Positions 9,587-17,467 are shown, numbered from the stretch's first letter. The stretch is DNA of 64,000 nt from Candidatus Magasanikiibacteriota bacterium (GCA_943359595.1 CALRIA010000002.1:10417-74416); one strand, 5' to 3'. Translations and numbers: made by a program. Notes: generated by a model not told the origin, from the letters alone.

Positions 9587-10219
9587 TCAGTCCAACGGAA
9601 TCTTGAGCGGCTTGGCGCTGATGAAGGTCGCCTTGCCGTCCTTCACCTGGAACGTGGCCAGAACGGACTCGCCCCGGTCGACCAAGTTGTTGGCGATGTC
9701 GAGGACTTCGGCGGCGCTGCGATGGCCATTGAGCCACTGCATTGCCACTTCCATCCGCGCCACGCCGTGGCTGGTGACCAGGACGAACTTGCCGGGGTTG
9801 GCCACGGCGATTTCGGTCAGGGCGGTGGCACCTTCTTCCGCGCGCATCAGCATCAGCTCGTGCAATTCCGGCATCTCGGGCAGACACTTCGCCAGGCTCG
9901 AGTCGTCGTCGTTGCCGAACTGGGACTTCGCCATCTCCTTGAGACGATTCAGGCTGTCGGGTGCCGCGCGCTTGTCGGTCTTGAAGTCGCCCAGGCGGGT
10001 CTCGTTCTCGATCAGCAGCGAGATGCCAGCACCTTCGAGCATGCGTTCGGCAGTGCTGACCGCACGCGGAAGTGGCGAAGAGACGGCCGCTTCAATCTGT
10101 GCGGTCTTGCCCAGGACTTGACCACGCCGCCTGGCGCGGTCTGCGCCTTCGGTCGTGAGGACGTTGTTCTCGTGTTCCTCGTGTCGTGTTAACACGAGAA
10201 TGGTGGTTTTTGTGGGCAT
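9587..10219 (-). CDS. Histidine phosphatase superfamily (phosphoglycerate-mutase-like) protein inside GC-rich island B
   Basis: 210 aa from the ATG at 10219, which is preceded by the strong SD AAGGAGGTG. Motifs LVLTRHEEHE (RHG-like His1 region) and LVTSHGVARM (SHG His2 region). About 60-62% GC against a host value of about 33%. The ORF track start at 10255 is an upstream in-frame ATG. Confidence 0.6.
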   Translation of the reverse strand: MPTKTTILVLTRHEEHENNVLTTEGADRARRRGQVLGKTAQIEAAVSSPLPRAVSTAERMLEGAGISLLIENETRLGDFKTDKRAAPDSLNRLKEMAKSQFGNDDDSSLAKCLPEMPELHELMLMRAEEGATALTEIAVANPGKFVLVTSHGVARMEVAMQWLNGHRSAAEVLDIANNLVDRGESVLATFQVKDGKATFISAKPLKIPLD

Positions 10220-10309
10220 GGCCCACCTCCTTGGTTTAGCTAGAGACGCTAACATCTTCGCCGAAACCCTCGGACGAGAGATCCGGCTTGCCCGGTGACT
10301 GGTTATTCC

Positions 10310-10362
10310 CAGCTTAGTCAGTAACTAGGGATAAAATTTATCTATAGTTACTGACTAAGCTG
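10310..10362. promoter_or_regulatory. 17-bp perfect inverted repeat (cagcttagtcagtaact ...19 nt... agttactgactaagctg) at the right edge of GC island B
   Basis: Read directly. It sits in the divergent region between the island phosphatase gene (minus strand) and the AT-rich leader of the 10621 phosphatase gene. It could be an operator or a mobile-element/insertion boundary. Confidence 0.3.
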
Positions 10363-10620
10363 TGGGGTATTTAATTTTTCAAAGTACACTCACTCATTAT
10401 TGCTGTAGAACACCTATATTTACTGTTAGTAGATACGGTATGCCCATTTTGCAATAACAGTTGAGTATAGCATAAAATAGGGATTTTGTCAATATATTAA
10501 CTGCTTTTTTGGCTAAAGTTAGCTATTTAATTATTAAGGATAGCAATAATATTGGTGACTAGTGGATGGGTATGTTAAAATCCAATCTAAGTATGCTATA
10601 CTTATTATAAGTAATTTTTT

Positions 10621-11436
10621 ATGAGAGAATTTTTTGCCAGCCAAGATAGAGAATTTAATTCAGATATTGAAACAGAAAATGTTCGCGACTTACCAGTCGT
10701 GACGGCTTATATTATTCGTCATGGTGAGACCACGGAAGATAAATTAAATCCGAATCGTAGTTTGACCACAGAAGGCGAGAGTCAAGCCGACGACGCAGCC
10801 GAACAGCTAATCACCGAATTAAATCCACAGACAGACGTTATCCAAATTTTGGATAGCGGTAATCATCGCGCCAATGTGACCGTGGTGAGAATCGCGGAAA
10901 AATTAAAAGCCGCCGGTTTTAATTTTTTTGTTCCTGTACCTAGTGATAAATCCGGAAATCTGCAAGCAGAAAATATTCCTACTACTCCTGAACCAAAATC
11001 ACGTAGCTACAATAAAATTGCGGCCGCTAATATTCCAGATCAATTTAAAAAATTACTGGCTGATCCGGTATTGCACGCTGAGCTTGGACTTGGAAATGAT
11101 ATTCCGGATAAAAGAGTTATGACTTGGTTTATGATTCAAAGAGATGGTATGGAAACTCCACAGCAGGTATTGGAGAGGGTGCGCCAGGGTATGAATGATA
11201 CTCAAAAAAAATTACCTCAGTTAAATAAAGTTTTGTCGCCGGATCAACGCATTGTAGTGGTGGCGGCCGGCAATGCTTCTATGGTTGATTCGGTAGTCAC
11301 TGAAGCTTCCAAAGTTCACCCTAAAGACAGAGGTGGAGAAATTAGTAATTGTGAAGGATTTAAAGTTGATTTCAATTTAGGCGCTGATCCAAAGATTAAT
11401 TTATGGGGAGAAAATATTGAACAATATTCTAAATAA
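10621..11436 (+). CDS. Histidine phosphatase superfamily protein (host-like GC)
   Basis: 271 aa. N-terminal motif AYIIRHGETTED...SLTTEGESQA (RHG signature). Its stop is 8 nt upstream of the ATP-grasp gene, so the two are probably co-transcribed. Confidence 0.6.
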   Translation: MREFFASQDREFNSDIETENVRDLPVVTAYIIRHGETTEDKLNPNRSLTTEGESQADDAAEQLITELNPQTDVIQILDSGNHRANVTVVRIAEKLKAAGFNFFVPVPSDKSGNLQAENIPTTPEPKSRSYNKIAAANIPDQFKKLLADPVLHAELGLGNDIPDKRVMTWFMIQRDGMETPQQVLERVRQGMNDTQKKLPQLNKVLSPDQRIVVVAAGNASMVDSVVTEASKVHPKDRGGEISNCEGFKVDFNLGADPKINLWGENIEQYSK

Positions 11437-11444
11437 ATAAAATT

Positions 11445-12428
11445 ATGTCTCACATCAAATTTTTTAAACAACTTTCAAAAAGCAACGTCGATATCGCCGG
11501 TGGCAAAGGCGCCAGTCTTGGTGAGATGACGCAAGCCAAAATTTCGGTACCGCCTGGTTTTGTAGTTTTATCGGCTGCTTTTGATAGATTTTTACAAGAG
11601 ACTGGTTTAAAGGAAGATATTGTGGCGCAATTAAAAAAAGTTAATCCACAAGATACTAATTCAGTAGATAAAGCGAGTGCTGTAATTCGTGATATGATTC
11701 ACGATAAGTCGATGCCCAAAGATTTGGAAAAAGAAATTTTGGTTGCTTTTAAGAAATTAGATGCTAAATTTGTCGCAGTTCGTAGTAGTGCTACGGCAGA
11801 AGATTCAGCAATAGCTAGTTGGGCTGGTGAGTTGGAAACTTATCTTAATACCGAAAAGAAAGATGTACTAGAAAGAGTAAAACTTTGTTGGTCTTCATTA
11901 TTTACTCCACGGGCTATTTTTTACCGTCATGAAAAAAAATTGATCGATCACTATGTTTCGGTGGCAGTGGTTATCCAAAAAATGATTCAGAGCGAAATAT
12001 CCGGTGTGGCTTTTACCGTTCATCCAGTGACAGAAGATTATGACCAGATGATTATTGAAGCTGGGTTTGGTTTGGGTGAGGCAATAGTTTCAGGACAGAT
12101 TACTCCAGATAGTTATATAATTAGTAAAAGTGAAATGAGTATATTGGATATTAATATTAGTGAACAAAATAGAAAATTAATACGTAAGGTTGGTAAGAAA
12201 AAAGGAGAAGAAGATGAAGAGAATAAATCTAACCATTGGGTTAAGCTTGGCAAGGAAGGTAGTAAACAAAAACTCACTGGTAAACAAATTATTGCAGCAG
12301 CCGAGTTATTTAAAAAAATTGAAAAACACTATAATTTTCCATGTGATATTGAGTGGGCAATGGAAAAAAATAAAGTGTATATCACTCAAAGCCGTCCGAT
12401 TACAACATTAAAAAATAGCCAAATATAG
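11445..12428 (+). CDS. Stand-alone PEP synthase / pyruvate phosphate dikinase N-terminal ATP-grasp (nucleotide-binding) domain protein
   Basis: 327 aa collinear with PpsA residues about 1-340. Motifs IAGGKGASLGEM (PpsA VGGKNASLGEM), VRSSATAEDS (PpsA VRSSATAEDM) and DIEWA...ITQSRP (PpsA DIEWA...VQARP). It ends where PpsA/Rph would continue into the phosphohistidine domain. Confidence 0.85.
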   Translation: MSHIKFFKQLSKSNVDIAGGKGASLGEMTQAKISVPPGFVVLSAAFDRFLQETGLKEDIVAQLKKVNPQDTNSVDKASAVIRDMIHDKSMPKDLEKEILVAFKKLDAKFVAVRSSATAEDSAIASWAGELETYLNTEKKDVLERVKLCWSSLFTPRAIFYRHEKKLIDHYVSVAVVIQKMIQSEISGVAFTVHPVTEDYDQMIIEAGFGLGEAIVSGQITPDSYIISKSEMSILDINISEQNRKLIRKVGKKKGEEDEENKSNHWVKLGKEGSKQKLTGKQIIAAAELFKKIEKHYNFPCDIEWAMEKNKVYITQSRPITTLKNSQI

Positions 12429-12445
12429 CCAAAACAAGTTTAGAT

Positions 12446-12474
12446 TGACAAAAAGATAAAAAGGTGCTATTATA
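12446..12474 (+). promoter_or_regulatory. Sigma-70-type promoter (TTGACA-17nt-TATTAT) for the zinc-ribbon gene
   Basis: Consensus -35 at 12446-12451, a 17-nt spacer, and the -10 at 12469-12474. It is followed by a leader of about 105 nt before the ATG at 12585. Confidence 0.5.
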
Positions 12475-12584
12475 TCGCTAATAACTTGGGCAACAAGAGT
12501 AGGTCAAAAGGCCAAAATATGTTCCCAACTAGGTCGTTTATTTATTTTCCAAACAACATTTTGGAATATATAAGGAATAATATT

Positions 12585-12908
12585 ATGGCTTTTGGATCTG
12601 ATAGACAAATGTACGATGTAGACTTGACTTGCGCAAAATGCGGAGCTCACATCTCACAGTTGCCTTTCCAACCTTCAGGTGATCGCCCAGTTTACTGCTC
12701 CGACTGTAACCGTGCTTTCCGCAAGGATCGTCCAGCTACAGATCGTGGTGGACGCGCTGGCGGTTTTTCCCAAGCTCCTCGCCAGATGTACAGTGTCAAC
12801 TTGAACTGCGCATCTTGTGGTCAGCAGATTTCTGAGTTGCCTTTCCAACCAACTGGTGACAAACCAGTATATTGCCGAGACTGCATGCAGGCTCGTCGCA
12901 ATGGTTAA
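12585..12908 (+). CDS. Small protein with two tandem CxxC-x17-CxxC zinc-ribbon repeats joined by an Arg/Gly-rich linker
   Basis: 107 aa. The repeats are MYDVDLTCAKCGAHISQLPFQPSGDRPVYCSDC and MYSVNLNCASCGQQISELPFQPTGDKPVYCRDC. Linker RKDRPATDRGGRAGGFSQAPRQ. The RBS aaggaataa precedes the ATG. The ORF-track start at 12486 is an upstream in-frame ATG with no RBS. Confidence 0.6.
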   Translation: MAFGSDRQMYDVDLTCAKCGAHISQLPFQPSGDRPVYCSDCNRAFRKDRPATDRGGRAGGFSQAPRQMYSVNLNCASCGQQISELPFQPTGDKPVYCRDCMQARRNG

Positions 12909-12925
12909 TTGACAATCAACTTGAA

Positions 12926-12951
12926 CCCCTCGAATTTTCGGGGGGTTTTTT
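12926..12951 (+). terminator. Rho-independent terminator (cccctcg-aatttt-cgggggg + T6)
   Basis: A 7-bp GC-rich stem, 6-nt loop and T-run immediately after the zinc-ribbon gene. Confidence 0.7.
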
Positions 12952-12958
12952 GTTTGCC

Positions 12959-12986
12959 TTGAATTTTTGCTAATAAATGGTATAAT
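12959..12986 (+). promoter_or_regulatory. Promoter with extended -10 (TTGAAT-16nt-TGgTATAAT) for the HD-domain gene
   Basis: Read directly: tggtataat at 12978-12986, about 32 nt upstream of the ATG at 13019. Confidence 0.4.
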
Positions 12987-13018
12987 CAATCAAGTAATTA
13001 AGGTTTCCAATTATTGTT

Positions 13019-13636
13019 ATGTATACAAAAATTCAGCGTGAGATAATTAGTTATACGCGTGCCAAGATAAAATCTTATATGGAAAATAACCCTGCTGCTG
13101 GGCATGGGTCTGACCATGCTATACGTGTCGCAATGTGGGCGTTTGAAATTGCCAAAAAAGAAAAAGCCAACATATTTTTATGTGAGCTTGGAGGACTACT
13201 TCATGATGTTGGTCGCTCGTGGGAAAATACTGATGTTCAAAAACGTCGTCATCATGAATTGTCTTATGAAATTTGTCGGGATTGGTTTAAAAATGATAAA
13301 ATTTTATTTACTCTCACAAATCAAGAAAAATTAATTTTGTTGTATAGTATCCGCTATCATTGGAATAATGCAGCTGATAAATATTTTGAGGCGGTAGTTT
13401 TACGTGATGCCGATAAACTTGATGCTTTTGGTAAAATTGGTATAAAGCGAACGGAAGAATTTTTCAATTTTGATCGTGAAAAAACCATGGATAATTTACG
13501 ATTACGTGAACATGACATGTTTTGGTTGAGGACTGGTGCCGCACGAAGTTATTTTGAAAAACACAAAATGTTTGATCCGATTTTAAAATATATGATCAAA
13601 AAATTAAAAGAAGATATTCGTCCGGTGGAATTATAG
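13019..13636 (+). CDS. HD-domain phosphohydrolase
   Basis: 205 aa. Motif GHGSDHAIRV ... LGGLLHDVGR is the H...HD...D metal-binding signature of the HD superfamily. Confidence 0.7.
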   Translation: MYTKIQREIISYTRAKIKSYMENNPAAGHGSDHAIRVAMWAFEIAKKEKANIFLCELGGLLHDVGRSWENTDVQKRRHHELSYEICRDWFKNDKILFTLTNQEKLILLYSIRYHWNNAADKYFEAVVLRDADKLDAFGKIGIKRTEEFFNFDREKTMDNLRLREHDMFWLRTGAARSYFEKHKMFDPILKYMIKKLKEDIRPVEL

Positions 13637-13639
13637 ATT

Positions 13640-14707
13640 ATGTTAAAAAGGAAAAGTAAAATTAAAGTTTTGGTTTGTTTGTCAGGTGGTGTGGATTCGT
13701 CTGTGTCCGCTGCCTTATTGGTTAAAGCCGGATATAATGTCACAGCGGCTTTTATGGTGAACTATGAGGACCAATCTAGTGACCAATCTTGTTGGCGTGA
13801 TGATTATCATGATGCGTTGCGGGTTGCGGCTAAATTGGGCATTCAACTGTTGCGTTTGGATTTTGTGAAGGAATATAGTCGCGATGTGCTTAATTATATG
13901 TATAAAGAATACGAAACAGGACGCACGCCAAATCCAGATGTGTTATGTAATAAATTTGTAAAGTTTGGTGCTTGGTTGAATAAGGCTCGCTCCCTTGGTT
14001 TTGATTACATTGCTACCGGACATTATGCTCGGATAAAAAAGAGCGGTCGTAAATTTTTGTTGCAGGAAGCCAAAGACAAAAATAAAGATCAGACTTATTT
14101 TTTGCATCAGCTCAACCAAGAACAGTTGAAAGGTGTTTTATTTCCAATTGGGAACTATAACAAGGATCAAGTGCGTAAACTGGCAACCAAATTTGATTTA
14201 CCGACTGCACAAAAAGAAGAAAGTATGGGAATTTGTTTTGTGGGTGAAGTGCCAATGCGTGATTTTTTAAAAAATAAAATCAAAGTTAGTCCAGGAAAAA
14301 TTGTTGATGAAAATAAAAATATTTTAGGTCAACACGATGGTTTGGCCTATTATACTATAGGCCAGCGTAATTTAGGGTTAAATAGTAAAGATGGTAAACC
14401 GATGTTTGTAGTGGACAAAAATTTACAAGACAATGAATTGATTGTTGGTGGTGAATTTAGCCAGTTGTTGTTTAAAAATGAGATCTCGGTGGGAGAAGAA
14501 AATTGGGTGGCTGGTTTGGTGCAAAAATTACCTTTGAAATGCTATGTTAGATTACGCCATCGTCAAGAACTTCAATCTGCCAAAGTTTTTGTCGATAAAA
14601 AACAATTAAAAATTAAATTTGCCAAGGCACAAAGAGCTATAACCCCAGGTCAGTTTGCAGTAATCTACAAAAATGGCCTATGTTTAGGTGGGGGAGTAAT
14701 TTTATAA
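13640..14707 (+). CDS. mnmA: tRNA-specific 2-thiouridylase MnmA
   Basis: PP-loop VLVCLSGGVDSSV, and NPDVLCNKFVKFGAWL...IATGHYAR, typical of MnmA/TrmU. Confidence 0.9.
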   Translation: MLKRKSKIKVLVCLSGGVDSSVSAALLVKAGYNVTAAFMVNYEDQSSDQSCWRDDYHDALRVAAKLGIQLLRLDFVKEYSRDVLNYMYKEYETGRTPNPDVLCNKFVKFGAWLNKARSLGFDYIATGHYARIKKSGRKFLLQEAKDKNKDQTYFLHQLNQEQLKGVLFPIGNYNKDQVRKLATKFDLPTAQKEESMGICFVGEVPMRDFLKNKIKVSPGKIVDENKNILGQHDGLAYYTIGQRNLGLNSKDGKPMFVVDKNLQDNELIVGGEFSQLLFKNEISVGEENWVAGLVQKLPLKCYVRLRHRQELQSAKVFVDKKQLKIKFAKAQRAITPGQFAVIYKNGLCLGGGVIL

Positions 14708-14768
14708 AATTCAGCTTTTAGCTTTACATAAGTATTTTTTTTAGATAAAATCATAACATAATCTTTTA

Positions 14769-16634
14769 ATGTCTATTATGATCACCTCAAGAGAACTCCG
14801 TCAAAAATATTTGGAATTTTTCGCCAGCAAGGATCACAAAATCTTGCCGAGCGCTTCTTTAATTCCGGAAAATGATCCGACGGTTTTATTCACTACCGCT
14901 GGCATGCATCCGTTGGTACCCTATTTGCTGGGAGAAAAACATCCAGAAGGAAAGCGTCTTACAAATATTCAAAAATGTATTCGTACTCAAGATATCGATG
15001 AAGTGGGTGATGCTCGCCATGATACTTTTTTTGAGATGATGGGAAATTGGTCTCTAGGGGATTATTTTAAAAAAGAAGCGATTGAATGGAGTTGGGAATT
15101 TTTGACTTCACCAAAGTATTTAGGTTTGGATGCTAGCAAATTGGCAGTGTCAGTCTTTGTCGGTGAAGATGAAAATGGTATCCCACGCGATGAAGAAGCA
15201 GCTGACATATGGAAGAGTTTAGGGATGGCTGAAGAAAAAATTGTTTATCTACCACGCAAAAATAATTGGTGGGGTCCAGCTGGACAGACGGGTCCATGCG
15301 GGCCGGACACCGAAATGTTTTTTTGGAAAGGGGAGAGTGAATTTCCTCCAGTCGGTAGTAACCCTGGTACTGATGAAGATAATTGGTTGGAAATTTGGAA
15401 TGATGTTTTCATGCAATATAACAAAAGTGAAGATGGTCAATACAAGCCGTTGGTTCAGAAAAATGTAGATACGGGCATGGGCTTAGAAAGAACTTTGGTT
15501 ACTCTCAATGGTTTTATTGATGTATTTCAGATTGATACTTTTTGGCCATTGATTCAAAAAATTGAAGAACTATCTGGTCGTGAATATATCGAAAATTCTG
15601 AAGTGACCAAATCAATGCGTATCATTGCCGATCATTTGCGCACAGCTACAATGATTATGGGTGACGACAAACAAATCGCTCCTAGTAATGTAGATCGGGG
15701 ATATATTGTTCGTCGTTTAGTTCGTCGCGCGATACGTCATGGGCGCTTGCTCGGAATTCATGAAAATTTTTGTGATAAAATCGCAGTCGAAGTGATTGAA
15801 ATCTTTAAAGATGTATATTCGGAATTAGAGCGAAATCAGGAATTCGTAATGCTTGAATTGGCAAAAGAAGAAAGCAAATTTAGAAATACTATCGAACAGG
15901 GGATGAAAGAATTTGAAAAATTATTAAATGGTTTTAGAATTGCTTTTGAAAAAACAGGGAAAAATGTTACTGAAATTTCCGGCAAACAAGCTTTTAAATT
16001 ATTTGAAAGTTATGGTTTTCCTTTGGAGATGACTTTGGAGATGGCTCAAGAAAACAGTTTGACTGTAGATGTAAATAATTTCGAAGAATCTTATAAAATA
16101 CATCAAGGTCTATCACGTGCTGGCGCCGAACAAAAATTTAAAGGTGGCTTGGCTGATCATGGTGAGATGTCGGTAAAATATCATACCGCTACTCATCTGT
16201 TGCATGCTACTTTACGCCAGGTGCTTGGGTCACATGTTGAACAGCGTGGTAGTAATATTACTGCTGAACGTTTGCGTTTTGATTTTTCTCATCCGGAAAA
16301 AATGTCTGATGATCAAAAAAAACAAGTTGAAGATCTAATCAATTATGCCATTCAACAAAATTATAAAGTATCGTTTGCTGAAATGACGGTGGACGAAGCC
16401 AAAAATAAAGGCGCGATTGGGTTGTTCGAAGATAAATATGAAAATAAAGTAAAAGTATATTCAGTCGGCGAACCGGATGTGATGCCGTCTGCCACTATAA
16501 ATTCCCAAACATTTAGCAAAGAAATTTGTGGTGGTCCACATGTGGAGCATACTAATATTATGGGGAAATTTAAAATCCTAAAAGAAGAAGCGGTGTCCTC
16601 CGGTATTCGTCGCATAAAAGCTGTTCTTCAATAA
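14769..16634 (+). CDS. alaS: Alanyl-tRNA synthetase, short form lacking the C-terminal C-Ala domain
   Basis: Class II AlaRS catalytic core (FTTAGMHPLVPYL, FFEMMGNWSLGDYFK) plus editing-domain motifs (HTATHLLH...CGGPHV). It is 621 aa against about 875 for E. coli. Confidence 0.9.
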   Translation: MSIMITSRELRQKYLEFFASKDHKILPSASLIPENDPTVLFTTAGMHPLVPYLLGEKHPEGKRLTNIQKCIRTQDIDEVGDARHDTFFEMMGNWSLGDYFKKEAIEWSWEFLTSPKYLGLDASKLAVSVFVGEDENGIPRDEEAADIWKSLGMAEEKIVYLPRKNNWWGPAGQTGPCGPDTEMFFWKGESEFPPVGSNPGTDEDNWLEIWNDVFMQYNKSEDGQYKPLVQKNVDTGMGLERTLVTLNGFIDVFQIDTFWPLIQKIEELSGREYIENSEVTKSMRIIADHLRTATMIMGDDKQIAPSNVDRGYIVRRLVRRAIRHGRLLGIHENFCDKIAVEVIEIFKDVYSELERNQEFVMLELAKEESKFRNTIEQGMKEFEKLLNGFRIAFEKTGKNVTEISGKQAFKLFESYGFPLEMTLEMAQENSLTVDVNNFEESYKIHQGLSRAGAEQKFKGGLADHGEMSVKYHTATHLLHATLRQVLGSHVEQRGSNITAERLRFDFSHPEKMSDDQKKQVEDLINYAIQQNYKVSFAEMTVDEAKNKGAIGLFEDKYENKVKVYSVGEPDVMPSATINSQTFSKEICGGPHVEHTNIMGKFKILKEEAVSSGIRRIKAVLQ

Positions 16635-16645
16635 ATAATAGTTTT

Positions 16646-17125
16646 ATGCTTAAAATTGTTGCTCAAAAATTGTGGTCTATGCGTTTACAGTTCGCCAAAT
16701 ATTTTATTATTGGCGTTGGGGCAGTAATTTTGGATATTTGGTCATTACGTTTTTTGGTTGGTTTAAATATTAGTCCGATTATCTCCATAGTAATTAATCA
16801 GCTGGTGATAGTGAATTTTGTATTTTTCTTGAATAAATACTGGGTGTTTGGAGCTAAAGGCATCACCCATGAACAAGTTTTAAAATTTTATTTAGTGGCT
16901 GGTTTTAATTATTTTTTTGCTATTGGTTGGATGTGGTTTTTTACAAATTTAATAAATTTACATCAGTATATTAGTTATTTAGGTGTTTCTCAGGTGAATT
17001 ATTATTTAGTGGTGAGATTAGTAAATGTGGCCTTAGCCGTGTCCTGGAACTTCTTACTCTACAAATTTTTTGTTTATCGTCTTAAAATGGGGGTTGTTGA
17101 TAAGTTAAATCCAAATCAATTATAG
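16646..17125 (+). CDS. GtrA-family small membrane protein (polysaccharide-synthesis associated)
   Basis: 159 aa with four predicted TM helices. N-terminus FAKYFIIGVGAVILDIWSLRFLV is typical of GtrA-like proteins. Confidence 0.5.
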   Translation: MLKIVAQKLWSMRLQFAKYFIIGVGAVILDIWSLRFLVGLNISPIISIVINQLVIVNFVFFLNKYWVFGAKGITHEQVLKFYLVAGFNYFFAIGWMWFFTNLINLHQYISYLGVSQVNYYLVVRLVNVALAVSWNFLLYKFFVYRLKMGVVDKLNPNQL

Positions 17126-17248
17126 CATTATTTTTTGGCTAAATTAAGGTATTTTTTATTAATTTTAGAGATAAATAACTTGGTTAGCCTAGCCCCTTGA
17201 CTAAATTCATTTTTTTAGCTAAACTAATAGTAATTAATATTTTTCCAA

Positions 17249-17467
17249 ATGGTTAGCAAACAAGACGTAATCGAACTAAAGGGAACAATCGAAGAATTGT
17301 TACCGGCTGGCACTTTCCGCCTTAAGCTCGAAAGTGGTCAGACTATCATCGCTCATTTGTCTGGTAAAATGCGTCTAAACAAAATTCGTTTGAGTTTAGG
17401 TGACCAGGTAAAAGTAGAGATGACACCTTACGATTTAAGTAAAGGAAGAATCACTTTTCGTTTCTAA
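17249..17467 (+). CDS. infA: Translation initiation factor IF-1
   Basis: 72 aa S1-like OB protein: [31 protein letters not shown]...ITFRF. Confidence 0.9.
   Translation: MVSKQDVIELKGTIEELLPAGTFRLKLESGQTIIAHLSGKMRLNKIRLSLGDQVKVEMTPYDLSKGRITFRF

Noticed and set aside
9480-10192. Three additional long ORFs overlapping island B (9480-9887 minus, 9489-10121 plus, 9566-10192 plus)
   Set aside because: They are mutually overlapping in different frames of a high-GC segment where stop codons are rare. Their translations are low-complexity and Arg/Pro/Gly-rich. Only the 9587-10219 minus-strand frame has recognisable catalytic motifs and an SD.
12486-12584. Upstream in-frame ATG start (12486) for the zinc-ribbon protein
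   Set aside because: The upstream portion translates to a low-complexity leader, MGNKSRSKGQNMFPTRSFIYFPNNILEYIRNNI, and overlaps the promoter's transcribed leader. The ATG at 12585 has the RBS aaggaataa and begins exactly at the first repeat unit.
17125-17248. Three copies of a ctaaa(t/c)t-like short motif upstream of infA
   Set aside because: They are degenerate (ggctaaatta / gactaaattca / agctaaactaat) and lie in AT-rich promoter DNA. A plausible TTGACT -35 overlaps one copy. Chance or simple promoter-element repetition seems sufficient.
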